Source: Sedimentisphaerales bacterium (lineage in GTDB: Bacteria; Planctomycetota; Phycisphaerae; Sedimentisphaerales; SM23-30). Taken from it: a stretch of 64,000 nucleotides of DNA. The stretch is from positions 64,001-128,000 of the forward strand of contig CAXXMR010000018.1 of NCBI GenBank assembly GCA_963663805.2, read 5' to 3'. A model generated the notes under the pieces. That model was not told the origin of the DNA, did no database searches, and was given only the letters and a program-made list of their open reading frames with translations. The position numbers and the translations under genes were made by a program. This document shows, one piece after another, positions 10,359-19,060 of this stretch. Position 1 is the stretch's first letter; each line of letters starts with the position of its first letter.

Positions 10359-10839
10359 AGCCGCGGATTACACAGATTACGCGGATTAAAAGATTATTTT
10401 TGGGAAAGAATCAATCTTTTAAATTCTAATGACCTTGCTCCAAAGTTAATCAGTAAACCTATTTCCATGTTCGTCGATTTAATGTAATTGATAACCTGTG
10501 CCATTTCGTAATCACCAAACTTTTTAATAGCTTTAAGCTCAACAATTATTTTGTTATCGACTACCATATCTGCGATAAAATTTTTGATTATTTCGCCTTT
10601 ATAATAAACATCTATCGGTTTTTGACGCTCATACGCTATTTCTCTAATTTGAAACTCTATAGCCAATGCCTCTTCATAAACACTCTCAAGAAAACCATGG
10701 CCAAGAACTTTGTGAACTTCCATCGCGGCGCCAATAATTTCGCCCGTTACGTCTGAATGTTTAAGTTCTTCTACGCTCAAAATTTTTTTCCGTTAATTCG
10801 TTTCCGTTAAAACCCGCGAAATCCGTGTAATCCGCGGCT
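10359..10839. repeat. 29-bp inverted repeats (10359-10387 / 10811-10839) enclosing the GxxExxY gene
   Basis: AGCCGCGGATTACACAGATTACGCGGATT versus the reverse complement of AACCCGCGAAATCCGTGTAATCCGCGGCT, 26/29 identical. Confidence 0.85.
10394..10780 (-). CDS. GxxExxY protein (PD-(D/E)XK-like nuclease fold)
   Basis: LGHGFLESVYEEAL, ADMVVDNKIIVELKA and GLLINFG motifs; AT-richer than the flanking leu genes. Confidence 0.92.
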   Translation of the reverse strand: MSVEELKHSDVTGEIIGAAMEVHKVLGHGFLESVYEEALAIEFQIREIAYERQKPIDVYYKGEIIKNFIADMVVDNKIIVELKAIKKFGDYEMAQVINYIKSTNMEIGLLINFGARSLEFKRLILSQK

Positions 10840-10933
10840 CGCCTTTCTTAATCCGTTTCCGTTAAAAATCCGCGTCAATCCGCGTAATCCGCGGTTAAAA
10901 ATTCTTCTGTCCAGTCTCCGCGGACTTAAATTC

Positions 10934-12196
10934 TTACATATACTTCCGTGGGTCAACGAGTTTCCCTTCAATAGCTGATGCCGCCGCGGTCGCGGGGCTA
11001 GCCAGGTAAACGCCGCTGGTTGGGTGTCCCATTCTTCCGACGAAGTTACGGTTGGTCGTGCTTACGCATTTTTCTTCGGATGCCAGAATACCCATAAACC
11101 CGCCCAGGCACGCCCCGCACGTCGGAGACGCGATAACGCAATCGGCATCGTAGAAAATGTCGAACAGCCCTTCATCCTTAGCCATCTTCCAGATCGTCGG
11201 TGTCGCCGGTACGATCAGTGTACGAATTTTGACCTTATGCCCCTTGAGAATCGAAGCGGCGATACGCAAATCTTCGATACGTCCGTTGGTGCAGCTGCCG
11301 ATATAGCTCTGGTCCATTTCCATACCTGCCACTTCACTGATAGCTTTGCCGCCGCTGGGCAGATGCGGCACCGCCACCATTGGCTCCAGTTTTGAGCAGT
11401 CGAACTCTTCCACCGAGGCATATTCCGCGTCCGCGTCCGATTCGTAAACGGTATAATCTTTCTTATCCTTCAGATGCTCAGCGAGATACGTTTTGGTAAT
11501 ATCGTCCACTGCCATGATGCCGCTCTTACCGCCGGCTTCGATGGCCATATTCGTAATCGTCATCCGAGCCGCCATCGAAAGGTCTTTGAGCGTATCGCCC
11601 ACAAACTCCATCGCCTGATAGCGAGCCCCGTCCGTACCGATCCGGGCAATGACCGCCAGGATAATATCTTTGCTGTAAACACCCTTGCCCAGCTTACCGT
11701 TCAATACGAATTTAATACTGGAAGGCACACGGAACCAAAGCTGCCCCGTAGCGATAGCCGCCGCCAGGTCCGTCGAGCCAATTCCGGTACTGAACGCACC
11801 AAAGGCACCGTACGTGCAGGTGTGACTATCACCGCCAATAAGCGTTTCGCCGGGCCGGACATGCCCCTGCTCCGGCAGTAAAGCGTGACATACGCCAGCC
11901 TTGCCGACCGGATAATAATTTTTAATTTTATTTTTCTTGCACCATTTATCAAGCCGCTTGAGCAGCTCGGCACTCTGAATATCTTTGGCAGGCTGAAAAT
12001 GGTCCGGCGTAACCACAATTTTGTCCGGGTCGAATACATTATCCAAACCCTTTTCCGCCAGCATACTAATCGCCGGTGGGGTGGTAACGTCATGACACAT
12101 AATCACATCGATGTCAGCGTTTATCAGCTGTCCCGGTTTAACTTCCTTCTCACCGCAGTGAGCCGCCAAAATCTTCTCAGTTATCGTCATCGCCAT
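10934..12196 (-). CDS. leuC: 3-isopropylmalate dehydratase large subunit
   Basis: [28 protein letters not shown] and [12 protein letters not shown] motifs. Confidence 0.95.
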   Translation of the reverse strand: MAMTITEKILAAHCGEKEVKPGQLINADIDVIMCHDVTTPPAISMLAEKGLDNVFDPDKIVVTPDHFQPAKDIQSAELLKRLDKWCKKNKIKNYYPVGKAGVCHALLPEQGHVRPGETLIGGDSHTCTYGAFGAFSTGIGSTDLAAAIATGQLWFRVPSSIKFVLNGKLGKGVYSKDIILAVIARIGTDGARYQAMEFVGDTLKDLSMAARMTITNMAIEAGGKSGIMAVDDITKTYLAEHLKDKKDYTVYESDADAEYASVEEFDCSKLEPMVAVPHLPSGGKAISEVAGMEMDQSYIGSCTNGRIEDLRIAASILKGHKVKIRTLIVPATPTIWKMAKDEGLFDIFYDADCVIASPTCGACLGGFMGILASEEKCVSTTNRNFVGRMGHPTSGVYLASPATAAASAIEGKLVDPRKYM

Positions 12197-12323
12197 ATTT
12201 GCAATTCCTTATAATTGTCTTCGTTGCCTTTTCTTTCAGAGCCGCGCACGTTAGTAAGCGGTGCCGTTATGCCTTTGCCGTTAAAATCCGCGGTTAAAAT
12301 TCTGTTGGTCCATTAACCCCCGG

Positions 12324-13853
12324 TTAAATATTATTCTTACTTCGTGCCACCATATTATTAAGCGCCATGATAAACGCCTTAGCCGAAGCCTCCACGATGT
12401 CCGTACTAGCTCCGCGGCCCACAAAAACCCGTCCTTCATTACGAATTCGCACCGTAGCTTCACCCATAGCCTCGGTCCCGCCGGTCACTGCCCGGATACT
12501 GTAATTTTCCAGGGTAGGATTCAGGCCTGTCGCTTTGGTAATTGCGTGGTACGCTGCGTCAACAGGTCCATCGCCCCAGGCGGCTTCCTGAAGATTTTCA
12601 TCGCCACGAATTATCCGCACCGTTGCGGAGGGCAGAGTTCCGGTTCCGGAAGTGCATTGCAGATAATCCAGGTGGAAAGTTTCTTCGGTGCTGGGCAGTT
12701 CATCTTCCAGTAAAGCGACGATATCCTCGTCGAAAACTTCTTTTTTCTTGTCCGCCAGTTTCAGAAACCGCTCATAAGCCGCGGTTACCTGTTCTTCGGC
12801 CAGTTCAAAGCCGAGTTCTTTGCAGCGGGCCTTAAAACCATGCCGTCCGGAATGTCTTCCAAGTACCATTTTGCTGCCGGGGACTCCGACGGATTCGGGG
12901 GTCATGATCTCGTAGGTTTCGCGGTGTTTTAGCAGGCCATCGACGTGGATTCCTGACTCGTGGGCGAAGGCGTTTGCGCCTACGATTGCCTTGTTGGCCT
13001 GGAGTGGCATGCCCATCAGTCTGGCGGCTAATTGGCTGGCACGGTAGATTTCGGTGGTAACAATGCCAGTTTCGAGGCCGAGAAGGTCTTTTCTGGTCTT
13101 CATAGCCATTACGCACTCTTCGAGCGAGGCGTTGCCGGCCCGTTCGCCGTAGCCGTTGATGGTACATTCAATCTGTCTGGCCCCGGCATTGACGCCGGCG
13201 ATGGAATTGGCGGTTGCCAGGCCGAGATCGTTATGGCAGTGGGTGCTGAAAATCACATTTTCGGCACCGGGCACATTTTCGACAAGGTCGGTAATCATGT
13301 CGGCGTAATCATGCGGGATGGCGTAACCTACTGTATCTGGGATATTTAAGGTCGTTGCCCCGGCTTCAATGGCAGCTTGGACGATTTCCCGCAGGAAGTT
13401 ACGGTCGCTCCTGGTGGCATCTTGGGCACTGAACTCGACATCGGGTGTATAGCCTTTGGCGTGTTTTATAGCGGCCACGGCTTTTTCGAGTACGACCGCC
13501 GGTTCCATCCTGAGCATATGCTCCATGTGGACAGGGCTGGTGCTCGTAAATGTATGTATCCGCCAGCGTTTAGCGTGTTTGAGAGCCTGAGCTGCCGAGT
13601 CAATATCCTTAGCAATAGTACGGGCTAAGCCGGCGATTATTGGGCCTTGAACCTCTTTGGCGATTCGTTCGACGGCGGCGAACTGTACGGGTGAGCTGAC
13701 CGGGAAGCCCGCTTCGATGACATCCACGCCCAAACGGGCCAACTGATGGGCAATTTCGACCTTTTCGTTCTCGTTAAGGCTGGCACCGGGGCTTTGTTCG
13801 GCGTCCCGGAGGGTAGAATCAAATATAATTACTCGGTTTTTATCAATGGACAT
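12324..13853 (-). CDS. leuA: 2-isopropylmalate synthase
   Basis: FDSTLRDAEQSPG, HCHNDLG, GERAGNA, AHESGIH and C-terminal regulatory GDGPVDA; ATG at 13853 with GGAGA RBS. Confidence 0.95.
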   Translation of the reverse strand: MSIDKNRVIIFDSTLRDAEQSPGASLNENEKVEIAHQLARLGVDVIEAGFPVSSPVQFAAVERIAKEVQGPIIAGLARTIAKDIDSAAQALKHAKRWRIHTFTSTSPVHMEHMLRMEPAVVLEKAVAAIKHAKGYTPDVEFSAQDATRSDRNFLREIVQAAIEAGATTLNIPDTVGYAIPHDYADMITDLVENVPGAENVIFSTHCHNDLGLATANSIAGVNAGARQIECTINGYGERAGNASLEECVMAMKTRKDLLGLETGIVTTEIYRASQLAARLMGMPLQANKAIVGANAFAHESGIHVDGLLKHRETYEIMTPESVGVPGSKMVLGRHSGRHGFKARCKELGFELAEEQVTAAYERFLKLADKKKEVFDEDIVALLEDELPSTEETFHLDYLQCTSGTGTLPSATVRIIRGDENLQEAAWGDGPVDAAYHAITKATGLNPTLENYSIRAVTGGTEAMGEATVRIRNEGRVFVGRGASTDIVEASAKAFIMALNNMVARSKNNI

Positions 13854-13989
13854 TATCAATGTTCTCCAAATCGTGCCGTTCCAGTCCGGTCGGGCTAATC
13901 CGCCGGGCAAAGACCCGAAATTATAGCGTCAAAGAGTCTCTAACTAAAAGAGAAAAAGTGGATTAACAGTAATGGTAGGTCGAAATATG

Positions 13990-14100
13990 TTAGCCCCGGG
14001 GGGCTAGAATAATTAGAGCCAGATTGCGTAAAATACCCGCATTAAGGCCGAGAGAGCCATGAGAAGCGGTATGACGAATCTGTTTAACTCTATATTCCAT
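13990..14100 (-). CDS. Candidate leu operon leader peptide (36 aa)
   Basis: MEYRVKQIRHTASHGSLGLNAGILRNLALIILAPRG*; 6 Leu including two CTA and one TTA; ATG lies 6 nt after a TTGCTT-17-GATACT promoter. Confidence 0.55.
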   Translation of the reverse strand: MEYRVKQIRHTASHGSLGLNAGILRNLALIILAPRG

Positions 14101-14283
14101 ATGGGTAGTATCGGTAAATGAATCGGAAAAAGCAAGAGAGATTTTCAAAAAACTTCTGTTTAAGGATAATTTTTTGATTTTTGGGTTGGGGTGAGGCTCG
14201 GAAACGCGGTGAGTGGGTGTTGCCGAAATGCGAGAAAAATCGGCGCGAACGATCCTGAAAGGGCCAGTTTTTGCGTTTTTTTA

Positions 14284-15732
14284 CAATCCTGTTCGGCACA
14301 TTTATTGCTTTAGGCTTTTGGCCTCCTGTATTTTTTTAAAAAAAAACCCGAAATGTTAAGATAGGTAATTTGCGCTCGAGGGATATTTATGCTCTAATAG
14401 GAGGCATGAGTGCTAAGCGTCAGAAAATCAAGGAGCGGGACCTGCGTGGGTTCAAGTATTTCAAGTCCCTCTCGGCTCTGCTGAAAGGTCTTCACTCGGC
14501 GGGATGTGAGCGGGACCGGGCCGGCAATCGCACATTATTCATGGACCAGTATGTCAGTCTGCTGCTGTTATACATGTTCAATCCGATCTGCAGTTCCATC
14601 CGGTCTTTGCAGCAGGCCGGCGAGCTCAAAAAGGTACAGCGGCTGTTGGGTTGTTCGCGTGCTTCGCTGGGTTCGCTTTCGGAAGCATCCCGGGTTTTTG
14701 AGAGTTCTTTGTTAGAGCCGATAATCGCTCAACTCACTGAGCAGTTAGGGCCGATATCTCAGGACAAAAAACTGGAAGTCGGTCAGGTCATTACCCTGGT
14801 GGACGGCAGCAGTATTCAGGCTTTGCAAAAACTCACTCAGGCTGCCTGGGACACCGACAAACCCGGAATTAAAGCACACACTCAGTTTGATCTGGAAAAA
14901 TATGTGCCTCTGAAAATAAATATCAGTGAAGACAAGTCTGATGAGCGAAAGGTTTTTTTAGAGAATCTTCAGCCCGGCCGGATTTATGTCAATGATCGCG
15001 GATATGCCTGTTTTAAGCTGTTTCAGGCCATTGTGGATAGTAAAAGCTCTTTTGTCTGTCGGCTGCGTGAGGATACGGTTTACGAAACTATTCAGGAAAA
15101 ACCTTTAACTGAAGATGCTCGAAAAGCGGGGATAATTTTTGATCGTACGGTAATCGCCGGCAGCAGTGAAAAACTGCGGGAAGATTTCAAACAACCGTTA
15201 CGCCTGATAGCGGTTGAATGTCAACCGCATTTGAAACGGGGCCAGGGACCACGTCAGAGTGAGATGATTTTGATTGCCACCGACCGGCTGGACCTGGACG
15301 CCGAAGTCATTGCCCTGCTCTATCAGAAACGCTGGGCCATCGAAATATTTTTCCGCTTTTTTAAGCATGTGCTGGGCTGCCGACATCTGCTAAGCCTCTG
15401 CGAAAACGGTATCGAACTACAGATGTACGCCGCGATTATCGCCTGTATGCTGATCAGCCTGTGGACGGGCAAAAAACCAACTTTAAGAACCTACGAAATG
15501 CTCTGCTGGCACCTCTGCGGCATGGCCGACGAGCAAGAAATGCAGAACCATATCAATAAACTCCAAAGCCAAAACTAAGGCCGATCCTCAAAAAAATCGC
15601 CGCTGCCGCTGATGCTGCGCCAAAATAACCAGTGCCGACAGTCCCACTGAGGGGTAATCCCCGCTAAATCATATGAACTGCAAAGACCACAGAAAAACTG
15701 TATTTGAGCAATAAATGTGCCGAACAGGATTG
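14284..15732 (+). mobile_element. IS4-family insertion sequence (complete)
   Basis: Perfect 26-bp IR CAATCCTGTTCGGCACATTTATTGCT (14284-14309 / 15707-15732); 9-bp TSD GTTTTTTTA on both sides. Confidence 0.93.
14406..15578 (+). CDS. IS4-family DDE transposase
   Basis: LVDGS, DRGY and YQKRWAIEIFFRFFK (YREK-type) motifs. Confidence 0.92.
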   Translation: MSAKRQKIKERDLRGFKYFKSLSALLKGLHSAGCERDRAGNRTLFMDQYVSLLLLYMFNPICSSIRSLQQAGELKKVQRLLGCSRASLGSLSEASRVFESSLLEPIIAQLTEQLGPISQDKKLEVGQVITLVDGSSIQALQKLTQAAWDTDKPGIKAHTQFDLEKYVPLKINISEDKSDERKVFLENLQPGRIYVNDRGYACFKLFQAIVDSKSSFVCRLREDTVYETIQEKPLTEDARKAGIIFDRTVIAGSSEKLREDFKQPLRLIAVECQPHLKRGQGPRQSEMILIATDRLDLDAEVIALLYQKRWAIEIFFRFFKHVLGCRHLLSLCENGIELQMYAAIIACMLISLWTGKKPTLRTYEMLCWHLCGMADEQEMQNHINKLQSQN

Positions 15733-15879
15733 GTTTTTTTACGTTTTTTTCGATAAATTCGCGTTTTTTGGGGAATTTATAAATTAGATGCCACCGCCGC
15801 TTAAAATCGTAGGCGAAACGAACGCAGGCCCTGCAGAGGTGCAACCTGCCAGGGATAGCCAGACCAAGGCGACGAATTG

Positions 15880-15922
15880 TCGTGGAGGTGGCAGTTATAC
15901 ACCTGCCGCCCCAGGTGTGAGG
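15880..15922. repeat. 43-bp direct repeat, copy 1 (copy 2 at 32955-32997)
   Basis: TCGTGG(A/G)GGTGGCAGTTATACACCTGCCGCCCCAGGTGTGAGG, 1 mismatch between copies. Confidence 0.9.
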
Positions 15923-16165
15923 CGTTCCGCAGACAATTCAGAGCCTTCTTATGCCTTTAAAAACCTCTTGCCGAAGGCAAGTTTAAGAGTTAATCGTGAA
16001 ACCCATTTGTCCAATTCACGCTGAACCAATACACAGTGGCATCGGTTTTAGCTTCAGATGCTCATTTGTCTACTACGACCTTGCGTGTAAATAATTTGTT
16101 AGTATAAGGTTATCGCAAGGCAAACGATTATTCATTGCCAAGTAAAAATTATTTTAAAAAAAAGA

Positions 16166-16206
16166 TTGATAAGTTCCATGTAATGTACTATATTGTTTAT
16201 ATACAA
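16166..16206 (+). promoter_or_regulatory. Sigma70 promoter with overlapping GntR-type operator
   Basis: TTGATA-17-TATATT followed by the near-palindrome TTGTTTATATACAA (16193-16206). Confidence 0.6.
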
Positions 16207-16228
16207 ATTAGATTTTAAGGAGTTATGC

Positions 16229-17308
16229 ATGTGTGCAGTTCGCACAAAAGCTGAAAAGATAAATCAGAAGGTATGGCAAAAGATTACCGCTCTCAAAAGT
16301 GAAGGCAAAACCCAATTGCCTCCAGAGATGGAACTGTGCGAGGAATTTGGCGCCAGCCGGGGAACGGTCCGAAGGGCTCTGAATGATTTGGTAGAGGGTG
16401 GGATGCTTCGTCGGATTGCCGGCAAAGGCACTTTTATTCGTGATGGCAGATCGGAAGAACTTGTTGAAGCGGGCAAAATACCTCTTTTGGGTATGGCTTA
16501 TGACATTCTGGCGTTGACAGAGTTTCGTGTGAAAATCATTCGTGCGATTGCTCGAGCCGCCAGTCTGAAGGGACTTGAGGTTATAATCCTTTCGCCTACC
16601 GAGGCCTTGAATCTAATAGGGGCCTGGCTACCTACTTCTAAAGGGCCTGCCCAGTTAGCGGGTTTGATGAGTTGCAGTTTTACGCCTGAATCTTTAAGGG
16701 CGATTCAGGAATCGCCTCACAAGATGCCTTACGTTGCTTTGGTCGACCCTGATTTTGCCAAAACGGCTGAATATGCCGTGGTGCGTCTTGATGAGTTTGT
16801 TAAGGTCTTCGAATATTTGCGGTCATTGGGACACAGAAAGATATGTTTTCTCGAACATTCTTTGAGTACCCCTCTTCTGTCGCGTATTAACAATGCGGTT
16901 GAGGAAGTGGAGAACATGGGTCACGATATTAATCTGGCCATTCGGGAATGTTACAGTGATCCGATCAAGGTTGTTGAGGAAGTTGACCATTTGTTGAGCC
17001 TTGATAAGGAGAATCGTCCGACGGCTATATTGTGTTATGATGACAAAGTAGCCTCCTGGGTGGTAAAGGCGTTGCATATGCGCGGCGTTAGCGTGCCGGA
17101 TGAGATGTCGGTTATGGGTCGGGGTGATTTAGAGGTATGTTCCTCGGTTTCGCCTTCTCTTACGAGTATATCCATTATGTATGATGAGCTTGGCGAACAG
17201 GCGATAGATCTTTTTATTAAGCAGTGTACTGGCAAAAAGGTTGATAATCCTATCAGGAAAGCGGGTTTCAGGATAGTAGAAAGAGAATCCTGTGCTCCCG
17301 TTAAATAG
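16229..17308 (+). CDS. GntR-HTH / LacI-type sugar-binding transcriptional regulator
   Basis: LPPEMELCEEFGASRGTVRRAL..GKGTFI plus PTAILCYDD, VPDEMSVMG, PSLTSI and VERES motifs. Confidence 0.9.
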   Translation: MCAVRTKAEKINQKVWQKITALKSEGKTQLPPEMELCEEFGASRGTVRRALNDLVEGGMLRRIAGKGTFIRDGRSEELVEAGKIPLLGMAYDILALTEFRVKIIRAIARAASLKGLEVIILSPTEALNLIGAWLPTSKGPAQLAGLMSCSFTPESLRAIQESPHKMPYVALVDPDFAKTAEYAVVRLDEFVKVFEYLRSLGHRKICFLEHSLSTPLLSRINNAVEEVENMGHDINLAIRECYSDPIKVVEEVDHLLSLDKENRPTAILCYDDKVASWVVKALHMRGVSVPDEMSVMGRGDLEVCSSVSPSLTSISIMYDELGEQAIDLFIKQCTGKKVDNPIRKAGFRIVERESCAPVK

Positions 17309-17437
17309 CGGGAGTTTCGAGTTGGCGAATTTGAAGGTAATGAGTGGGAATTTTATAGGCCATGTTTGTTACCTGGTCGAATTAAGGAGACAGCCCTGAA
17401 GGGCTTGTGTAATTACTCTTATTTTTAGAGGAGGTCT

Positions 17438-18094
17438 TTGATGAAGATGCAGAAATTGGTGTTGTGTGTTGGTGTTGTATGTTTTGTGGCATTTGTTGGT
17501 TCGGCTTTTGGTGTTGGGAGTAATGTTGGTAATTCATATCATTGGGATCAGTGGACCAAAAGCACTATCAATGACTGGACGAAGGTTGGTTCGGCTGGAT
17601 ATGAAACATATTTCAATCTGGTAAGTAATGTTGACAATGTCAATGACACTCTTGATCCTTATGCTCAAAATAACGACACCTGGTTGCGAATTGAAGGAAC
17701 CAATGCGGTAGTGCCTGTAACGGTACCGGCGGGCACGTGGGCGGGTTATGAATGGTCGGTTCCGACCGGTGTGGATGAAGAGATTGTAAGTGCGTGGCTT
17801 CCGGGATATTTTAATTTCCTGACCGATTCGATGGAATTACGTCTTACTGATACCAGCGGCAATGTCTTATGGTCAACCAGTCCGGCGGCAGGTTGGGTGG
17901 ATCTTACCAGTTCGACGTTTGCCAGTGTGGATACGGTTCGTCTGATTGTTTACGCTACGGCAGACCATAATTTATGGGGTTCAGGAAATTTCATGTTCGC
18001 CAACCCGATATATCTGAACACGGTTAATGTTCCAGAGCCAGTCTCAATGACTTTTCTTGCTTGCGGTGCTTTGGCATTAATTAGGAGGAAATAG
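17438..18094 (+). CDS. PEP-CTERM secreted/surface protein
   Basis: Signal peptide; C-terminal VPEPVSMTFLACGALALIRRK. Confidence 0.88.
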   Translation: MMKMQKLVLCVGVVCFVAFVGSAFGVGSNVGNSYHWDQWTKSTINDWTKVGSAGYETYFNLVSNVDNVNDTLDPYAQNNDTWLRIEGTNAVVPVTVPAGTWAGYEWSVPTGVDEEIVSAWLPGYFNFLTDSMELRLTDTSGNVLWSTSPAAGWVDLTSSTFASVDTVRLIVYATADHNLWGSGNFMFANPIYLNTVNVPEPVSMTFLACGALALIRRK

Positions 18095-18148
18095 TTTGTC
18101 AAGAGTTTGAATTTAGGCTGTTTTGCGGAAGTTTTAGTAAATATTATC

Positions 18149-18188
18149 AAAAGCAGGGGGGCGGTGTAGGATCGTCCCCCTTGCTTTT
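18149..18188 (+). terminator. Hairpin/terminator after the PEP-CTERM gene
   Basis: AAAAGCAGGGGGGCG..CGTCCCCCTTGCTTTT. Confidence 0.7.
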
Positions 18189-18230
18189 GGGTAGAAGTAG
18201 TTGCGGTTGATTTTTCGAGAAAGGGAAAAT

Positions 18231-19004
18231 ATGAGAAATCTACTATTCATGCTATTATTGACGGTATTTGTTCTATCGACATGCAGCATTGTATTCGCGG
18301 ATGGTTATCTGGTGGATGAAAACACCTTGAAATGGGGGCCGGGTCCCGACCCTGAAAATCAACCTGACGGTCAGTTGTGGTACACATTTACGGATTGGAC
18401 CTGGGTGGAAGGTTCTTTCGCTTTGGATTCAGCCTGGCCTGGCGATTTGGCAACTCAGCCCTGGCCGGGCACTTTTGACCCCCTGACGATGGGTTTGCAG
18501 ATAACGGCTCCGAGCACCGTTGTCGGTTCTTCGGTCACTCCAACCGGCTATGAGTTTGATCTGGCAACTGCGGGTATAACGGGCAAAGTTATTGCCAGTG
18601 TCGAGATTATTAGTTCATTCTGGAATTTTCCGAGTGGGGCAAACTCGTCGGTAGCGGCGGCATTTTATGATGAGGACGACAATCTGGTTTATACTGAGAA
18701 TCCGGTGACGATGTCGGTTCCCTGGTGGCAGGGGACGGTAGTGGATTTTTCTAACAATCCGAGCAAGAAAGTAAAATTTGTGTTAGATCCATTTGCGGCG
18801 TTGTGGGTTTGGGCTAATAATTCCATGTATATTGAGCAGATGGAAATTATTCTGATTGACGAAGCTGACGCAAAGTGTGGTACAAAGTATAATCCTTTTC
18901 CGGGGGCAGATTTGTCCGGTGATTGTATTGTCAATATAGCGGATGTGGCGGTAATTGCTGATTATTGGCTTGATTGCAATGATCCTGATGGTAATTGTGA
19001 TTGA
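18231..19004 (+). CDS. Secreted protein with C-terminal planctomycete dockerin-like motif
   Basis: Signal peptide; ADLSGDCIVNIADVAVIADYWLDC. Confidence 0.75.
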   Translation: MRNLLFMLLLTVFVLSTCSIVFADGYLVDENTLKWGPGPDPENQPDGQLWYTFTDWTWVEGSFALDSAWPGDLATQPWPGTFDPLTMGLQITAPSTVVGSSVTPTGYEFDLATAGITGKVIASVEIISSFWNFPSGANSSVAAAFYDEDDNLVYTENPVTMSVPWWQGTVVDFSNNPSKKVKFVLDPFAALWVWANNSMYIEQMEIILIDEADAKCGTKYNPFPGADLSGDCIVNIADVAVIADYWLDCNDPDGNCD

Positions 19005-19060
19005 GTAATGCTTGCGCGAGATAACATAGAGAAGAATTATATTTTTTAAGGGAATATGAA

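Noticed and set aside
15880..15922. tmRNA or tRNA 3' end (minus strand ..CTGCCACCTCCACGA)
   Set aside because: Lacks the TTCRA T-loop and CCA, and no matching 5' end or tag ORF is found upstream.
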